Position numbers and translations under genes: made by a program. The notes under the pieces are model-generated. The model ran no database searches and had not been told where the DNA came from. It worked only from the letters and a program-made list of their open reading frames with translations. From contig CAVOHZ010000010.1 in assembly GCA_963695855.1 (NCBI GenBank), forward strand, positions 1,120,001-1,184,000: a DNA stretch of 64,000 nt. The letters are read 5' to 3'. Position 1 is the stretch's first letter, and each line of letters begins with the position of its first letter. Shown in pieces: positions 1-11,148 of this stretch. The stretch comes from an uncultured Nitrososphaerales archaeon (GTDB taxonomy: Archaea; Thermoproteota; Nitrososphaeria; Nitrososphaerales; Nitrososphaeraceae).

Positions 1-283
1 GGATTAGAGTTAGAAGGTCACGGAGAATAACTTTTCCCTTATTTGTTAGAATTGTTCCTGATTTACTGGTAATTATAATTTCATTCATTTTTAAATGTTT
101 TACAAGTGTCTTAACTGATCCTTCTCCAATACTTAATTCCTTGCATAAAAATGATCTGCTGATATGTCCATGTACACTAGCTAATTGTAAAGTTTTAAAA
201 ATATGAACAATCCCAAAAGATAGGTTCCTGCTAGGTGCATATTTACTGGAAATTCTACGTAATATCTTGATAGGATTATGCAT
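1..283 (-). CDS. Partial winged-HTH protein (DUF4443-like), runs off the window start
   Basis: Hand translation from ATG 283: MHNPIKILRRISSKYAPSRNLSFGIVHIFKTLQL...ISRSFLCKELSIGEGSVKTLVKHLK; open to position 1. Confidence 0.7.
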   Translation of the reverse strand, partial: MHNPIKILRRISSKYAPSRNLSFGIVHIFKTLQLASVHGHISRSFLCKELSIGEGSVKTLVKHLKMNEIIITSKSGTILTNKGKVILRDLLTLI

Positions 284-540
284 AATTGTTTTATGAATAC
301 CTAACATGAATAATCAAATTTATTTGTATCAATATTTTATTTAAGTTTATAAATTACGTATCCCGAATTGTATACAAAAATTAGAAATATTTAATACTAT
401 ACAGATTAAATAAAATACAAAATATTTAATAGATAATGCGATCTAGAACATCTTCACAAAATGATCTGATGATGTATTTTTAATCTACAAATCAAAGATA
501 TTACTCGGTTGGATAAACTAGACAACACTTTATATACTAC

Positions 541-777
541 TTGCTAGTATCTTCATCACTAATGACATTATCAAGACAGATTCAGATCCGCGACGATAAA
601 ATTCCTAAATTAGCTATAGGAATTCTTTCGGTTGTATTATTATTTGGTTTATTTATGGTCGGATATGACCAAGGACAATTATTTAGCATGGTTCAAGGAG
701 AAAAAGCATTTGAGGATCTTTTTATTCATGAATTATTCCATGACATGAGACATGCTGCAGGATTTCCATGTCACTAA
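541..777 (+). CDS. cbtB: Cobalt transporter subunit CbtB (probable start ATG 562)
   Basis: One TM helix plus C-terminal HELFHDMRHAAGFPCH signature; adjacent to cbtA. Confidence 0.9.
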   Translation: MLVSSSLMTLSRQIQIRDDKIPKLAIGILSVVLLFGLFMVGYDQGQLFSMVQGEKAFEDLFIHELFHDMRHAAGFPCH

Positions 778-795
778 TTTTTTAGGTAATTAATA

Positions 796-1524
796 TTGAA
801 ATCGTTCACTTTTATTTTTATTTCCGTTTTTTCTGGAGCAATTGCCGGAACAATTTTGGGCGTGATTAACCTCGGTATTGTGGAACCTTTTTTGGATAAT
901 GCAATAGGAATTGAAGTTCAAAATGCAATAAAAGATGGGGAAGCAATAGATCAGAATGAATTACAAAGCTATCGAATATGGCAGAAAGTCGGTCAAATTG
1001 CTGGAGGAACCATTTTAGGTTTATCATTTGGAGCCCTTTTTGGTATTACATTCATTTTTGGAAGAAACATTCTTCCAGGTTCAAATAATCGGAGGAAAGC
1101 AGTCGTTCTTGCAGGGATTATATGGCTGGTAATTTTCCTTATTCCTGCACTCAAATATCCAGCAAATCCCCCTACAGTAGGAGACCCTGAAACGATCTAT
1201 GATAGACAGAATCTGTACATTATTTTCACCGCTATTTCTGGAATCACTGCACTTGCACTTGCAATGATATATAAAAAAATGGACGGAAATCCAGTCAAGA
1301 AATTTGCTTTCATCTCAGTCGCATATGGGATTGTAATGATTGGAGCTTTCATCATTGTGCCACAAAATCCTGATGAAATTACTGCACCTATCAATTTAGT
1401 GCAGGGATTTAGAATAGCAAGTGGATTTAGCATGAGCGTATTTTGGTTGCTTCTTGGAATAATATTTGGAAGTCTATGGGAAAAATTCAAGCCTCATGAG
1501 AACCAAAAAATAACCACATTCTGA
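796..1524 (+). CDS. cbtA: Cobalt transporter subunit CbtA
   Basis: Multi-TM protein with PALKYPANPPTVGDPETI motif. Confidence 0.9.
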   Translation: MKSFTFIFISVFSGAIAGTILGVINLGIVEPFLDNAIGIEVQNAIKDGEAIDQNELQSYRIWQKVGQIAGGTILGLSFGALFGITFIFGRNILPGSNNRRKAVVLAGIIWLVIFLIPALKYPANPPTVGDPETIYDRQNLYIIFTAISGITALALAMIYKKMDGNPVKKFAFISVAYGIVMIGAFIIVPQNPDEITAPINLVQGFRIASGFSMSVFWLLLGIIFGSLWEKFKPHENQKITTF

Positions 1525-1614
1525 GAAAAAGATAGAGAAATTCTATATTTCTTATCTACTATTTACTATTTATTATTTTGCCAAATAGAATACTAGGCAA
1601 ACAACACTTTAAAG

Positions 1615-2064
1615 CTAGGATGAAAGTGTGGATATATTCTGAAGAGACAATGATTCCTGTCTACCATATTTTTCAAAGATTGATTCAAATTTTGATACTT
1701 TCTCTTGAATCAAATTTCCATTTGTATCATAGAGTTTAGAAAAATTTGCCCGCATTACCAAATTTCCGCAGATATCAAAAAAACGAATACTGTAACTTTG
1801 ACGATTATGAGATTCATTGAACTCTCTAACAAATCTTGCTTCTCCAACTTGGGTAATATTCAGATGGATATGCCAAGGGGTTGTCTCGTCGCCTATCGTT
1901 GCCCACTGGCCATTAATCTTAAATTTCATATCTTTTTGTAACCTTGCCTCACAAATACCACCCATATTCTTTACAGAAAAAATAATATCGTTTTGTTGAA
2001 GAATATCGTGTATTAAACCTTTGAATGTTGAATTAATCAATAGATAATGAATACATTTATCCAT
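1615..2064 (-). CDS. ChuX/HutX/HemS-like tetrapyrrole-binding protein
   Basis: WHIHLN...ARFV...SYSIRFFDICG pattern resembles the HutX/HemS fold. Confidence 0.45.
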   Translation of the reverse strand: MDKCIHYLLINSTFKGLIHDILQQNDIIFSVKNMGGICEARLQKDMKFKINGQWATIGDETTPWHIHLNITQVGEARFVREFNESHNRQSYSIRFFDICGNLVMRANFSKLYDTNGNLIQEKVSKFESIFEKYGRQESLSLQNISTLSS

Positions 2065-2455
2065 TAATAAATCATGATTGGAAATCGAAGAAATCTGATA
2101 AGATCGGATCTATTACTCTATATTATTTAAGTACTCTTTAGAGAGACACGTGAATTTATCATATCAATATAATAATAAGGTTAAAGCTATCGATGGATTA
2201 ATTTGAAAACATATTCTTGCTGTCTAATTCAGGATAAACAAAAAATTCTTTTTAAAACAATCAATACTGATAATGGATTAAAGATCAGACAGAAATATAA
2301 TTTTTATCAATATCGAGATATAATAATATTCATGATATTTCAAAGATATACAGTATTACTAGAATAATGATGTGATGATTAAGAAAAAAATAGTGATGAT
2401 TTTAAAGATAATAGTAAGAAAATTATTATTATCATAAAAATATACTTGTTGAATA

Positions 2456-2914
2456 ATGCAAGAGAAAAGAGAATTACCAAGAAAAATGGTATGGTTATCG
2501 TTTGTCTCTTTATCATTAACATATTCTATCATGCTAATTGGAGTTTTTATCACTTCATCTCATCAAGGACTTTCATGTCCTGGTTGGCCTTTATGCCCAA
2601 ATGGTTTTGATTTTCCATCTTCAAAATATTTCTTTGAGCATTTTCACAGGATGCTGGTTTTAATAACGAGTGGATTTATCGTTGCAACAGCACTATATTC
2701 AGTTAAGAAAGCTAGATCGGTTAGAAAAACAGCAGTAATTGCAGCACTAATTGTGATAGTACAGATTCTTATGGGGATGATTGTAGTAAATTCAAAGCTA
2801 CACGCTGTCCTCGTTGCGGGACATCTTGGTACTGGGATGGTATTATTTGCCATGTTGTTATTGACTTTTATTTACTCTTATAAGGAAAGAAAGAACAATA
2901 AGTTTAAATTATAG
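2456..2914 (+). CDS. Short COX15/CtaA-family heme A synthase-like protein
   Basis: GLSCPGWPLC, EHFHR, GHLG; four TM segments. Confidence 0.8.
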   Translation: MQEKRELPRKMVWLSFVSLSLTYSIMLIGVFITSSHQGLSCPGWPLCPNGFDFPSSKYFFEHFHRMLVLITSGFIVATALYSVKKARSVRKTAVIAALIVIVQILMGMIVVNSKLHAVLVAGHLGTGMVLFAMLLLTFIYSYKERKNNKFKL

Positions 2915-3371
2915 TTTTTATCCATGTAAAATCAGCGCTTTAAAAATTTTAAATGTAATTTGTAATACAAAATAGATCTTAATTTATCAATTTATCAAAG
3001 AATACGAAACCTGATTAGTTTGGATGAATTATCTGAAATTTTAGGTGGTCCAAATAATTTCAAAAAATATATTCCAGTTTTTCTGATTTATTTTATCTTA
3101 TCTTAATTGGAGTAAAATGACAGGTAAAGTATTTGATAGATCAACATATGATAATTTTTGACTGCTTTAAACTTTTTATATTTATGAATAATGAAAATTA
3201 AAAGGATAATTCAAAATATTTTATCAAATAATTTAACCTGTAAAATAGCTCGGTTTCCATAAAAAAATGTATAAAATCTTGAATTTATTATTACGAATAG
3301 CGTGAAACAGAGAGATCTCTCTCTTAACAATCGAGTCTGTGGAGGTTACATCAAAAAGTTATATACAAATT

Positions 3372-4160
3372 TTATTTTTTTTGGGAGTCCAAACTTTCTT
3401 TATACAAAGATATCATTTCTTGATATCCTTCAGAAAAATCTTTATTCAAATTTTCGATTAAATCTATAAATTTTAAATCACCAGATAAAATTCCTTTCAT
3501 CTTTGTTTCCAGTTCATATAATGTAACTCTAACATCATCTTTTAGCCCAGTATTAACGGCCAATAAATTAGTTTCATTATACATTATTAATAATTTGAAA
3601 GCAAGTCTCCTGATAAGCCATTCTAAATCAAACTTCAATCGGTCAATAATTCTTATTTTATCATCTTCTTTGTTTGATGAATTAACATCATCGATTGCAT
3701 TAAGAGTGAGATTGCAACATTCCTGTATATACGTAGTTAACTGAGAATAAAATCTACCTGTCGACATTTTTATAGTTTTTTCTTGAAAGAATTGATAAAC
3801 AAGAGTTTGTAAAATAATATCATCTTGATATTTGATTAAGAATTGTGGGGGATATATAGAAATATTTAGAAAGATATAGAATAAACCATTAGTTCTAAAT
3901 CGAAAGCTTTTGGAACTGCTCAAGAATCTCCCCCGGCCAATTTCTAGAAACCCAGTATCTTCGAGATACTGTGATATTATAGATGTAGGGTCCTTTGTGT
4001 CAGATGGTGGATTACGTAGTTTTAGATATGATTTAAATTTGAAAGATTGATCATGTCCGCTTACAAGTTTTAAAAGAAAAGCGCGCTGGTCTAAAGTAAG
4101 ATCCTGTTTCTTGTAGCTCAATAACGATTCAATATAATTTGAATATGTCATGATCAGCAT
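3372..4160 (-). CDS. Hypothetical protein
   Basis: 262-aa ORF, no recognised motif. Confidence 0.6.
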   Translation of the reverse strand: MLIMTYSNYIESLLSYKKQDLTLDQRAFLLKLVSGHDQSFKFKSYLKLRNPPSDTKDPTSIISQYLEDTGFLEIGRGRFLSSSKSFRFRTNGLFYIFLNISIYPPQFLIKYQDDIILQTLVYQFFQEKTIKMSTGRFYSQLTTYIQECCNLTLNAIDDVNSSNKEDDKIRIIDRLKFDLEWLIRRLAFKLLIMYNETNLLAVNTGLKDDVRVTLYELETKMKGILSGDLKFIDLIENLNKDFSEGYQEMISLYKESLDSQKK

Positions 4161-4380
4161 ATGCTATGATACCCACGTATTTATAAAATTATATTATCAC
4201 CGATTCATCGAATCGAACAATTTAATTGATAGATCGATATACATTTAGATTTGAGAGGATTATACAAAATATATGTCTAAAAATATATATTTTTTTTACT
4301 AAATGCATTCCTGATTTTTATAAATAAATTTATAAATCTATTACTAAAAATGAAACGTTTTGTGATTAGATTAGATTAGA

Positions 4381-4722
4381 TTAAAATGGAAATTCTAGGG
4401 TTGTGCTTTCTAGATCCAAAATAGGAATATAGATAGAATGTGATTCCGTTCCAAGATCTTCTGCAAATTCATATTTTCCACTTGTCTTATTGAGCTGGAT
4501 AAACTTGTCCTCAGGTTTTTCCATGACAACAGTATAATGAATTAAACTGCTTCCAATCGAACTATTATATATAAAAATGATATTTTTATTATGACAATTT
4601 ATAAAATAAAGTAAAGAATTTATCCCTATTGCAGATTGCGATGATGCCAACATTATTTTCAGCATATCTTCAAGATTATTGTATTTAAGATAATGAAATT
4701 TTGATTTTGGGTTTTTTTGCAC
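4381..4722 (-). CDS. Hypothetical protein
   Basis: 113-aa ORF; start uncertain (out-of-frame ATG just upstream of an A run). Confidence 0.6.
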   Translation of the reverse strand: MQKNPKSKFHYLKYNNLEDMLKIMLASSQSAIGINSLLYFINCHNKNIIFIYNSSIGSSLIHYTVVMEKPEDKFIQLNKTSGKYEFAEDLGTESHSIYIPILDLESTTLEFPF

Positions 4723-4822
4723 TCATATTTAAAACATCTACCCATTATTAGACCTTGCTAAAATATACAAAATTGGGAAAAATAAAAATTTACATTTTAT
4801 CTGATATTGAAAAATCATAACC

Positions 4823-5695
4823 ATGCGAAAAAAAACCAAGAAAAAATATACCACTAAGGTAAAAAGAAGTGATGTGATAAAAACAAACAGAATTTACAAT
4901 ATCGATTGTATAAAATTTATGCAGAAATTAATAGATGAGAACAAAATTAAATTTGATGTTATTGTAACTTCCCCACCATATAACATAAATAAATATTATA
5001 CAAAATATAATGACAGGAGAGAAAAAAATGATTACCTTGATTGGTTACAAAGAATTGCAGAAAAGAGTATATACATACTAAAGGAAGACGGATCTTTCTT
5101 TTTAAATGTTGGAAGTACGTTAAAAGATCCATTATTGCCGTATGATATCGCAAGAAGATTTATTGATGGGGGATACAAGCTACAGAATACTATTCATTGG
5201 ATCAAATCAATTTCATTTGAAGATAATGACATTGGAAAAAATAATATATTGAAAGAAAATACCTCCGTAGGGCACTTTAAACCTATAATAAGCAAGAGAT
5301 TCTTAAGCGATCTACATGAATATATTTTTCATTTCACAAAGATCGGAGACCTGACAATTGACAAATTGGCAATCGGTGTAACATATCAAGACAAGACAAA
5401 CATAGGAAGATGGAAATCAGCAACTAGTGACAGAAGAGATAGAGGTAATAATTGGTTCATTCCTTACAATACAATTCAAGAAAGAAGACCTCATCCAGCG
5501 ATATTTCCTAAAAAGTTACCATATTTATGTATTAAATTACATGGAATAAAAGAAAATATGATTGTTTATGATCCATTTATGGGAATAGGTTCTACTGCAC
5601 TGGCATGTATAGATATTGGAGTAAACTTTGTTGGTACAGAAATAGATAATAACTATGTAAAAATTGCAAATGAATATATCAAAGGATGTCGGTAA
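4823..5695 (+). CDS. Orphan site-specific DNA methyltransferase (N4/N6, beta class)
   Basis: TSPPY catalytic motif precedes HPAIFP and DPFMGIGST SAM-binding motif. Confidence 0.9.
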   Translation: MRKKTKKKYTTKVKRSDVIKTNRIYNIDCIKFMQKLIDENKIKFDVIVTSPPYNINKYYTKYNDRREKNDYLDWLQRIAEKSIYILKEDGSFFLNVGSTLKDPLLPYDIARRFIDGGYKLQNTIHWIKSISFEDNDIGKNNILKENTSVGHFKPIISKRFLSDLHEYIFHFTKIGDLTIDKLAIGVTYQDKTNIGRWKSATSDRRDRGNNWFIPYNTIQERRPHPAIFPKKLPYLCIKLHGIKENMIVYDPFMGIGSTALACIDIGVNFVGTEIDNNYVKIANEYIKGCR

Positions 5696-5780
5696 ATGTT
5701 GGTATTACAATCTTTAACTTGTACAAGATTGGAAACGAGAATTATCCATATGCAATATTTTTGTAAACAAAATTATTTTA

Positions 5781-8700
5781 TCATATAACTGAAATACTTA
5801 CTTCCTTTCCATCTATATCGATATTCTTATATTCTATTTTATCTAATTGTTGTTCTGATAAAATTAATGATTTGACTCGAACGAGATATGTTAACTCATC
5901 TTTAAATCGTGATAAAGAAGATATTTCGTCCTTATCTAACTTTGCAACATAGGCAGTAGAAAGGATCTCAGTAGGATTATATGATTTCTCTTTTCTTAAC
6001 TGCTGGAGATTTCTCGCCAGATCTCTCAAGAGACCCTTGACAAGTAGAACTGGATCTCGAAATGAAGAAATAAAAACCATAAGATTTTCTTTTTCTGCAT
6101 TCACATAACCATCTTTGAGAGTAAATGATATCTCCAAGTCTTGACTGAAAATTTCAATGGAAGATAACGAAAGATCGTCATAAACTATTTTAAAACTTTT
6201 AGTATCTTGTACACACTTTAAAACTTCAATTTTATCGAGCTTTTCAAATTTCGCAATTACCTTAGCAATATCAGATTTGACTTGCGGTGCTATATTTTTT
6301 TTAATTAGGGAAACAGATGGAATAATTGGGATTTCCGCTTCTAATAATCCAAGGATCTTTTCAATTTCATTATTTGCAGATATCTCTATTATTTTAAAAG
6401 TTTCCACATTAAGTTGGTTTTTCAAGATTTCTGATATTTCGCTTTTTGAAAATTCCTGTTCAAGTGTGATATGTTCATTTGTTGAATTATTTTTTTCATG
6501 AAATTGACATATGACAATATTGGAAAGAGGCCAACGACGTTTAAGTTTGGCTTTCATTCTTGCAGAATTTGATATAGATATAATTTCCTTTATTTTTTCG
6601 AAAGTATTTTCAAGATCCTTGTTTATCAGATCATTCAGTGGTTCGGGCCATTGACAAAGTAATATACTTGCTTTTTGAATATTCGTAAAACAATTTAGAT
6701 ACAAATATTCTGTTAGAAAAGGCGACACAGGATGAAGAATTACATCTACCTTTTCAAGAACATAGTCCAATGTTGCAAATATTGCTAATCTTCTATTGAT
6801 TTCTTCGATGCTATCATTCCAGATATAATTTCTGGTAAGTGGGATATATGTTTGGCTGATATCATTTATAATAAATTCTTCTATAGCTTTTGTTCCCTCA
6901 TGAAATCTACAATTTTCAAAGCAATTATTCACATACAAGATCAACTTTTGTAATATGGAAAATAACCATTTTTCTGGTAGTTCTAATAGATTATTTTGCA
7001 AGGCCCATTCAAGATTATGCCTATTTCTATCGAAATTATCCAATACACTATTTTGTTTTAAATATACATGTAAATAATATAATGTACTTAAAACCTGATA
7101 TGGTCTTGAAGCCATTTCTTTAAGGCTGAAATTTAATGCTTCAATTGGAGATGACTTCCAGATAAAATAGAATCTGATTAGATCAACTGGATTTTGATCT
7201 AATAAGAAATCTGCTTCAATAACATTTCCCGCACTTTTACTCATTTTGTTTCCTTTTTCATCCAATATATGACCTTGAAAGAGAAAAGATTGGAATGGTG
7301 CCGTAGAAGCATTATTCAGGATAACATTTTGCATTAACAGTGAGTACGACCACCCTCTAGTTTGATCGATTCCCTCAGTCAAAAATACTGCAGGTATCAA
7401 ATTATCATACTCTGTATCACTAAAGGATGCAAATGGTGCAGACCCACTATTGTGCCAAGTGTCAAGCACAAAAGGTTCTCTAACCATTTCCGAATTACAT
7501 TTAAGACAATTTATTTCAACTCTATCAATCCAAGGCCTATGCAATTCGAAATAACATTTATCAATAGCTGAAACATCCCGACTATTAGTTTTCTTAACAT
7601 CGTCTTTATTTTGCTTCTTAAACTTGATTATTAGGTTGTCATTGTCCATGAACAAAAGATTCTGCGACCTATCCACTAGTTCTTTTTTAGTTGATAACAG
7701 TTCTTTTTCTCCACACTTTTCACAGGTCCAGATTGGAAGCGGGGTCCCCCAAATACGTTCTCTTGAAATACACCAAGGAACCTTTTCTTTGATTATTTCA
7801 AGAAATCTATTCTTTGGAGCATCAAAAAAATACTCTACGTTGGTTGCTGCTTCTAAAGGTTTATCCCCCAATTTATCAATCATATAAAAATATTCTCTCC
7901 TTGCTAACCATACAAGTTTATGATGTGATCTCCAACATGTTGGATATTGGTGTTTTATTCTACCTATTTTCACAGCAGATCCTAATTCATTCATAATATC
8001 TATGATTTTTTGATCCGCATCCCTAACAAATAGATCCTTGAACTCACCTGCAGCTTCGGTAAAGAATACTCTATCATCAATCGGAACAAATATTGGAACA
8101 TTTCTCTTTTTAGCTATGTTGAAATCATCTTCTCCGTTAGCAGGTGAAAGATGAACTATACCACTACCAGTAGTGACATCTACAAAATCTTCAGACACGA
8201 CAAAGTGAATAGATCTGGAATTAGAGAGACCTTTTAGTCCAGGAATAAGGTCCAGTAATGGATGGATGTAATATTTTCCATCAAGATCTTTACCTTGTGT
8301 AATTTTGATAGTTTCATATTTATCAATTTGTAGTTCCTTCATCAAATCGTTTAATCTTGTTTCACCAATTATCCAAACTTCATTATTTACTTTAACGTAG
8401 ACATAATTAGCATCAGGATTAACCGCAGTTAGCTCATCTGTTATTAAAGTAAAAGGCATGGTAGTCCACACAATAAGATATGAATAATCATCAACCAGTT
8501 TTACCTTGTAGTAAAAAGATGGATCTTCAACAGTATCGTATCCCTGATTGACTTCAGAGTTACTTAGAGAAGTCTGACATGACGGGCAAAATGCAACCAC
8601 TCTAAACCCTTCTTGCAAAATTCCGTTATCCCAAGCTTTTTTCAAATATGACCATTCCCTTTCCATATATTGATCATAATAGGTCCAATATCCTCTTTCA

Positions 8701-9146
8701 TAATCAAATGACATACCGAGAAGTTTATCAACATGTACCCATTTTTCATTATATTTCTTGACTAAGGATTTACATGACTGTACTATTTTCTCGATACCAA
8801 CTCTATCAATATTATCACTCTTATTTCCTGTTAAACCCAATTCTTTTTCAACTTGAAGTTCTACTGGTAAACCTTGAGTATCCCATCCTGGCCTAAAAAC
8901 GACTTTATTTTGTTTTAATACATTAAACCTAAACCAAAGGTCTTTGATTATTCTTCCGCGTAAATGTCCTACATGGGGTTCTCCATTCATTGTAGGAGGT
9001 CCGTCGACATAACCCAGAACTTTTTGATTATTTCGATTTTCTATCTCATTTTTTATAAATTTATTAAATTGTATTAGTTCCATGTGATCCCTAATTTTTC
9101 TTTCAATGAGTTTAGCATTGAAATGCGCCTCAAGTACCATAAACAC
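5781..9146 (-). CDS. ileS: Isoleucine-tRNA ligase
   Basis: DGPPTMNGEPHVGH (HIGH), WCISRERIWG, EGIDQTRGW, KMSKS. Confidence 0.97.
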   Translation of the reverse strand: MFMVLEAHFNAKLIERKIRDHMELIQFNKFIKNEIENRNNQKVLGYVDGPPTMNGEPHVGHLRGRIIKDLWFRFNVLKQNKVVFRPGWDTQGLPVELQVEKELGLTGNKSDNIDRVGIEKIVQSCKSLVKKYNEKWVHVDKLLGMSFDYERGYWTYYDQYMEREWSYLKKAWDNGILQEGFRVVAFCPSCQTSLSNSEVNQGYDTVEDPSFYYKVKLVDDYSYLIVWTTMPFTLITDELTAVNPDANYVYVKVNNEVWIIGETRLNDLMKELQIDKYETIKITQGKDLDGKYYIHPLLDLIPGLKGLSNSRSIHFVVSEDFVDVTTGSGIVHLSPANGEDDFNIAKKRNVPIFVPIDDRVFFTEAAGEFKDLFVRDADQKIIDIMNELGSAVKIGRIKHQYPTCWRSHHKLVWLARREYFYMIDKLGDKPLEAATNVEYFFDAPKNRFLEIIKEKVPWCISRERIWGTPLPIWTCEKCGEKELLSTKKELVDRSQNLLFMDNDNLIIKFKKQNKDDVKKTNSRDVSAIDKCYFELHRPWIDRVEINCLKCNSEMVREPFVLDTWHNSGSAPFASFSDTEYDNLIPAVFLTEGIDQTRGWSYSLLMQNVILNNASTAPFQSFLFQGHILDEKGNKMSKSAGNVIEADFLLDQNPVDLIRFYFIWKSSPIEALNFSLKEMASRPYQVLSTLYYLHVYLKQNSVLDNFDRNRHNLEWALQNNLLELPEKWLFSILQKLILYVNNCFENCRFHEGTKAIEEFIINDISQTYIPLTRNYIWNDSIEEINRRLAIFATLDYVLEKVDVILHPVSPFLTEYLYLNCFTNIQKASILLCQWPEPLNDLINKDLENTFEKIKEIISISNSARMKAKLKRRWPLSNIVICQFHEKNNSTNEHITLEQEFSKSEISEILKNQLNVETFKIIEISANNEIEKILGLLEAEIPIIPSVSLIKKNIAPQVKSDIAKVIAKFEKLDKIEVLKCVQDTKSFKIVYDDLSLSSIEIFSQDLEISFTLKDGYVNAEKENLMVFISSFRDPVLLVKGLLRDLARNLQQLRKEKSYNPTEILSTAYVAKLDKDEISSLSRFKDELTYLVRVKSLILSEQQLDKIEYKNIDIDGKEVSISVI

Positions 9147-9312
9147 AAAAAGATTCTAATAACCATTCTTTATGTTTTTGGATAAGTAAATTTAACTGAT
9201 TGATTTAGATATAAACTATCAAAAAGAAAAGAAAATTGATTAATATATTATAAAATAAATCACATAGACCAATATAACTACATTAACCAAAATCTATACT
9301 ACAATAATAATA

Positions 9313-9948
9313 TTAAGACACTATCTTTATCGAACTTATTATCCTGTCTATTATTGGTAATTCTTTATCAAAATTTTGTGTTGTGGATTGATATATTAAT
9401 GTAAACAATTTTTTATCTATGATCGAAAATATTTCAAGAAGTTTACCACCGAGGTTATTTTCTCTAAATACATACTTTACGATATGACTGGCTGAAGGAT
9501 TACCATCTATTTTATATTTGGTTAAATTTTTTTCTAAAACTTCATAAACACTATAATAAGAGTTACTCCCAAATTTTCCAAAATCTTCTGACTGTTCAAG
9601 AACAAGTTCATTTGATAATTTATCTGAATCTTCGAAGGTATCAAAGGAAATTCCTATAAAGGAAGTACGATTGCCATCGATTACTGTAAGCAAGTTGAGA
9701 TCTAATATGTGGAATTTTGATATTTTCTCTTCAACCTTCCAGTTTTCTGGATACAGGAGAGAGAATTTTGCACTACTATAAGAGATCCATTTGGTGGAAT
9801 TGTCTTTAAACTGGGAATTTGAATCTTCACCGTAAATTAATTTTACCTTATTATATGCGTCTGTAAAAAAAATTGCAGACAGTGAAATCAAAAGAGCAGA
9901 GACTAAAAAGAGAAAAAAACGAAAGCCGAAAATATTAAACATCAACAA
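9313..9948 (-). CDS. Secreted/membrane-anchored PsbP-like protein
   Basis: N-terminal hydrophobic helix, FSLLYPENW, C-terminal IIDRIISSIKI. Confidence 0.6.
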   Translation of the reverse strand: MLMFNIFGFRFFLFLVSALLISLSAIFFTDAYNKVKLIYGEDSNSQFKDNSTKWISYSSAKFSLLYPENWKVEEKISKFHILDLNLLTVIDGNRTSFIGISFDTFEDSDKLSNELVLEQSEDFGKFGSNSYYSVYEVLEKNLTKYKIDGNPSASHIVKYVFRENNLGGKLLEIFSIIDKKLFTLIYQSTTQNFDKELPIIDRIISSIKIVS

Positions 9949-10084
9949 TAAAACTAAAATAAAGCATAATTAATAAATTCTTTCTCACTCGATGTTTGAA
10001 TTTAGTGAAAACAGTTAAGATATCTTAAATTACATTAATTTGGATATTTGGTCAGAAGATTTAATATTGCAAAAAATAAGATTT

Positions 10085-11029
10085 TCAGCTGATATAACCC
10101 ATATTGGATCTTCTATTTTGTGATAAAAATTGTCTTTCGTCATCTTGACGTTCTTCACCCACCAAACTCTGGGCACCTTGATTAGATTTCGCCAACATTT
10201 GTTGTTCAAGATTTTTGATTAATATTTCGGTATCTTTAGCCCTTTTTGTAATTTCATCCATGTTTACATGAATATTCAATATACGCGTTATCGTTTCAAG
10301 AATTTTTTTAGCTGCAATAGCATCTATTACATAACCAGAAGTTTCACCCAACAGACAGAGGCCATCAATTCCACGCAATTTTCCCAATCCTATTATGATC
10401 CCATTCATCCCTGTTATATTGCCATTATCTAAGGAAGAAACATTATGATTCCTAAATAACCCTACTAATTTAGTAGCCGTTGCAGTGCCATATATTTTCG
10501 GAGCGTTTGTAAAAGTACCAGTCACGTATGCAGCTAGAGAATAAATATTAGAAATATCAAATTTTGTCATATCATCTAATATCTGTTCGGTCAAAACATA
10601 TTCTGAACCAGGAACTATTGGTTGAGAATCTCCAGTAAGAAGAAGCAAGTCTGATGACGCAGGTTCCAGAATATCGATAGACTTCGATATATCACTACTT
10701 GAAATGTCTTGACCATCATCTTGCAATGGTTGTGTCTTGATTGTGGTGTTTTTACTTTTTTTATTCTCTCTTTTTACATAATAAACACTATTCTTAACTA
10801 TCTCTGTGGTCCCGTCTTGTTTTATTATGATTTGCGGAGAGAAAAAAGTAGAATAGATATCAGCTAAATGTACAGCATCAAGTTCTTTAATTAAATAATC
10901 TATGGCTACCTTGCCTACAAACCCCGTACCCGGTAAACCGCAAATGAGAGAAGGAGATCGTAAAGATGGCAATTTTTTTTTGGAATAAACTACATCGATG
11001 GGTTTTGAGTAGGAAATCATTTCTAACAA
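10085..11029 (-). CDS. Proteasome assembly chaperone (PAC2 family)
   Basis: GLPGTGFVGK, TGDSQP, CLLGETSGY. Confidence 0.88.
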   Translation of the reverse strand: MLEMISYSKPIDVVYSKKKLPSLRSPSLICGLPGTGFVGKVAIDYLIKELDAVHLADIYSTFFSPQIIIKQDGTTEIVKNSVYYVKRENKKSKNTTIKTQPLQDDGQDISSSDISKSIDILEPASSDLLLLTGDSQPIVPGSEYVLTEQILDDMTKFDISNIYSLAAYVTGTFTNAPKIYGTATATKLVGLFRNHNVSSLDNGNITGMNGIIIGLGKLRGIDGLCLLGETSGYVIDAIAAKKILETITRILNIHVNMDEITKRAKDTEILIKNLEQQMLAKSNQGAQSLVGEERQDDERQFLSQNRRSNMGYIS

Positions 11030-11148
11030 AATGATATGATATTCTCTCTTTCTTTAAATGTTCCGAGTTGTTTAATCTCGTTTGAACACCAAGAGATCGG
11101 GTTTTAAGATAGAGGAAAGTTTATTGAATCAAAGGTTTTTTCTATTTA

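Noticed and set aside
284-540. Cobalamin riboswitch upstream of cbtB
   Set aside because: AT-rich region with no recognisable B12-box or conserved stems
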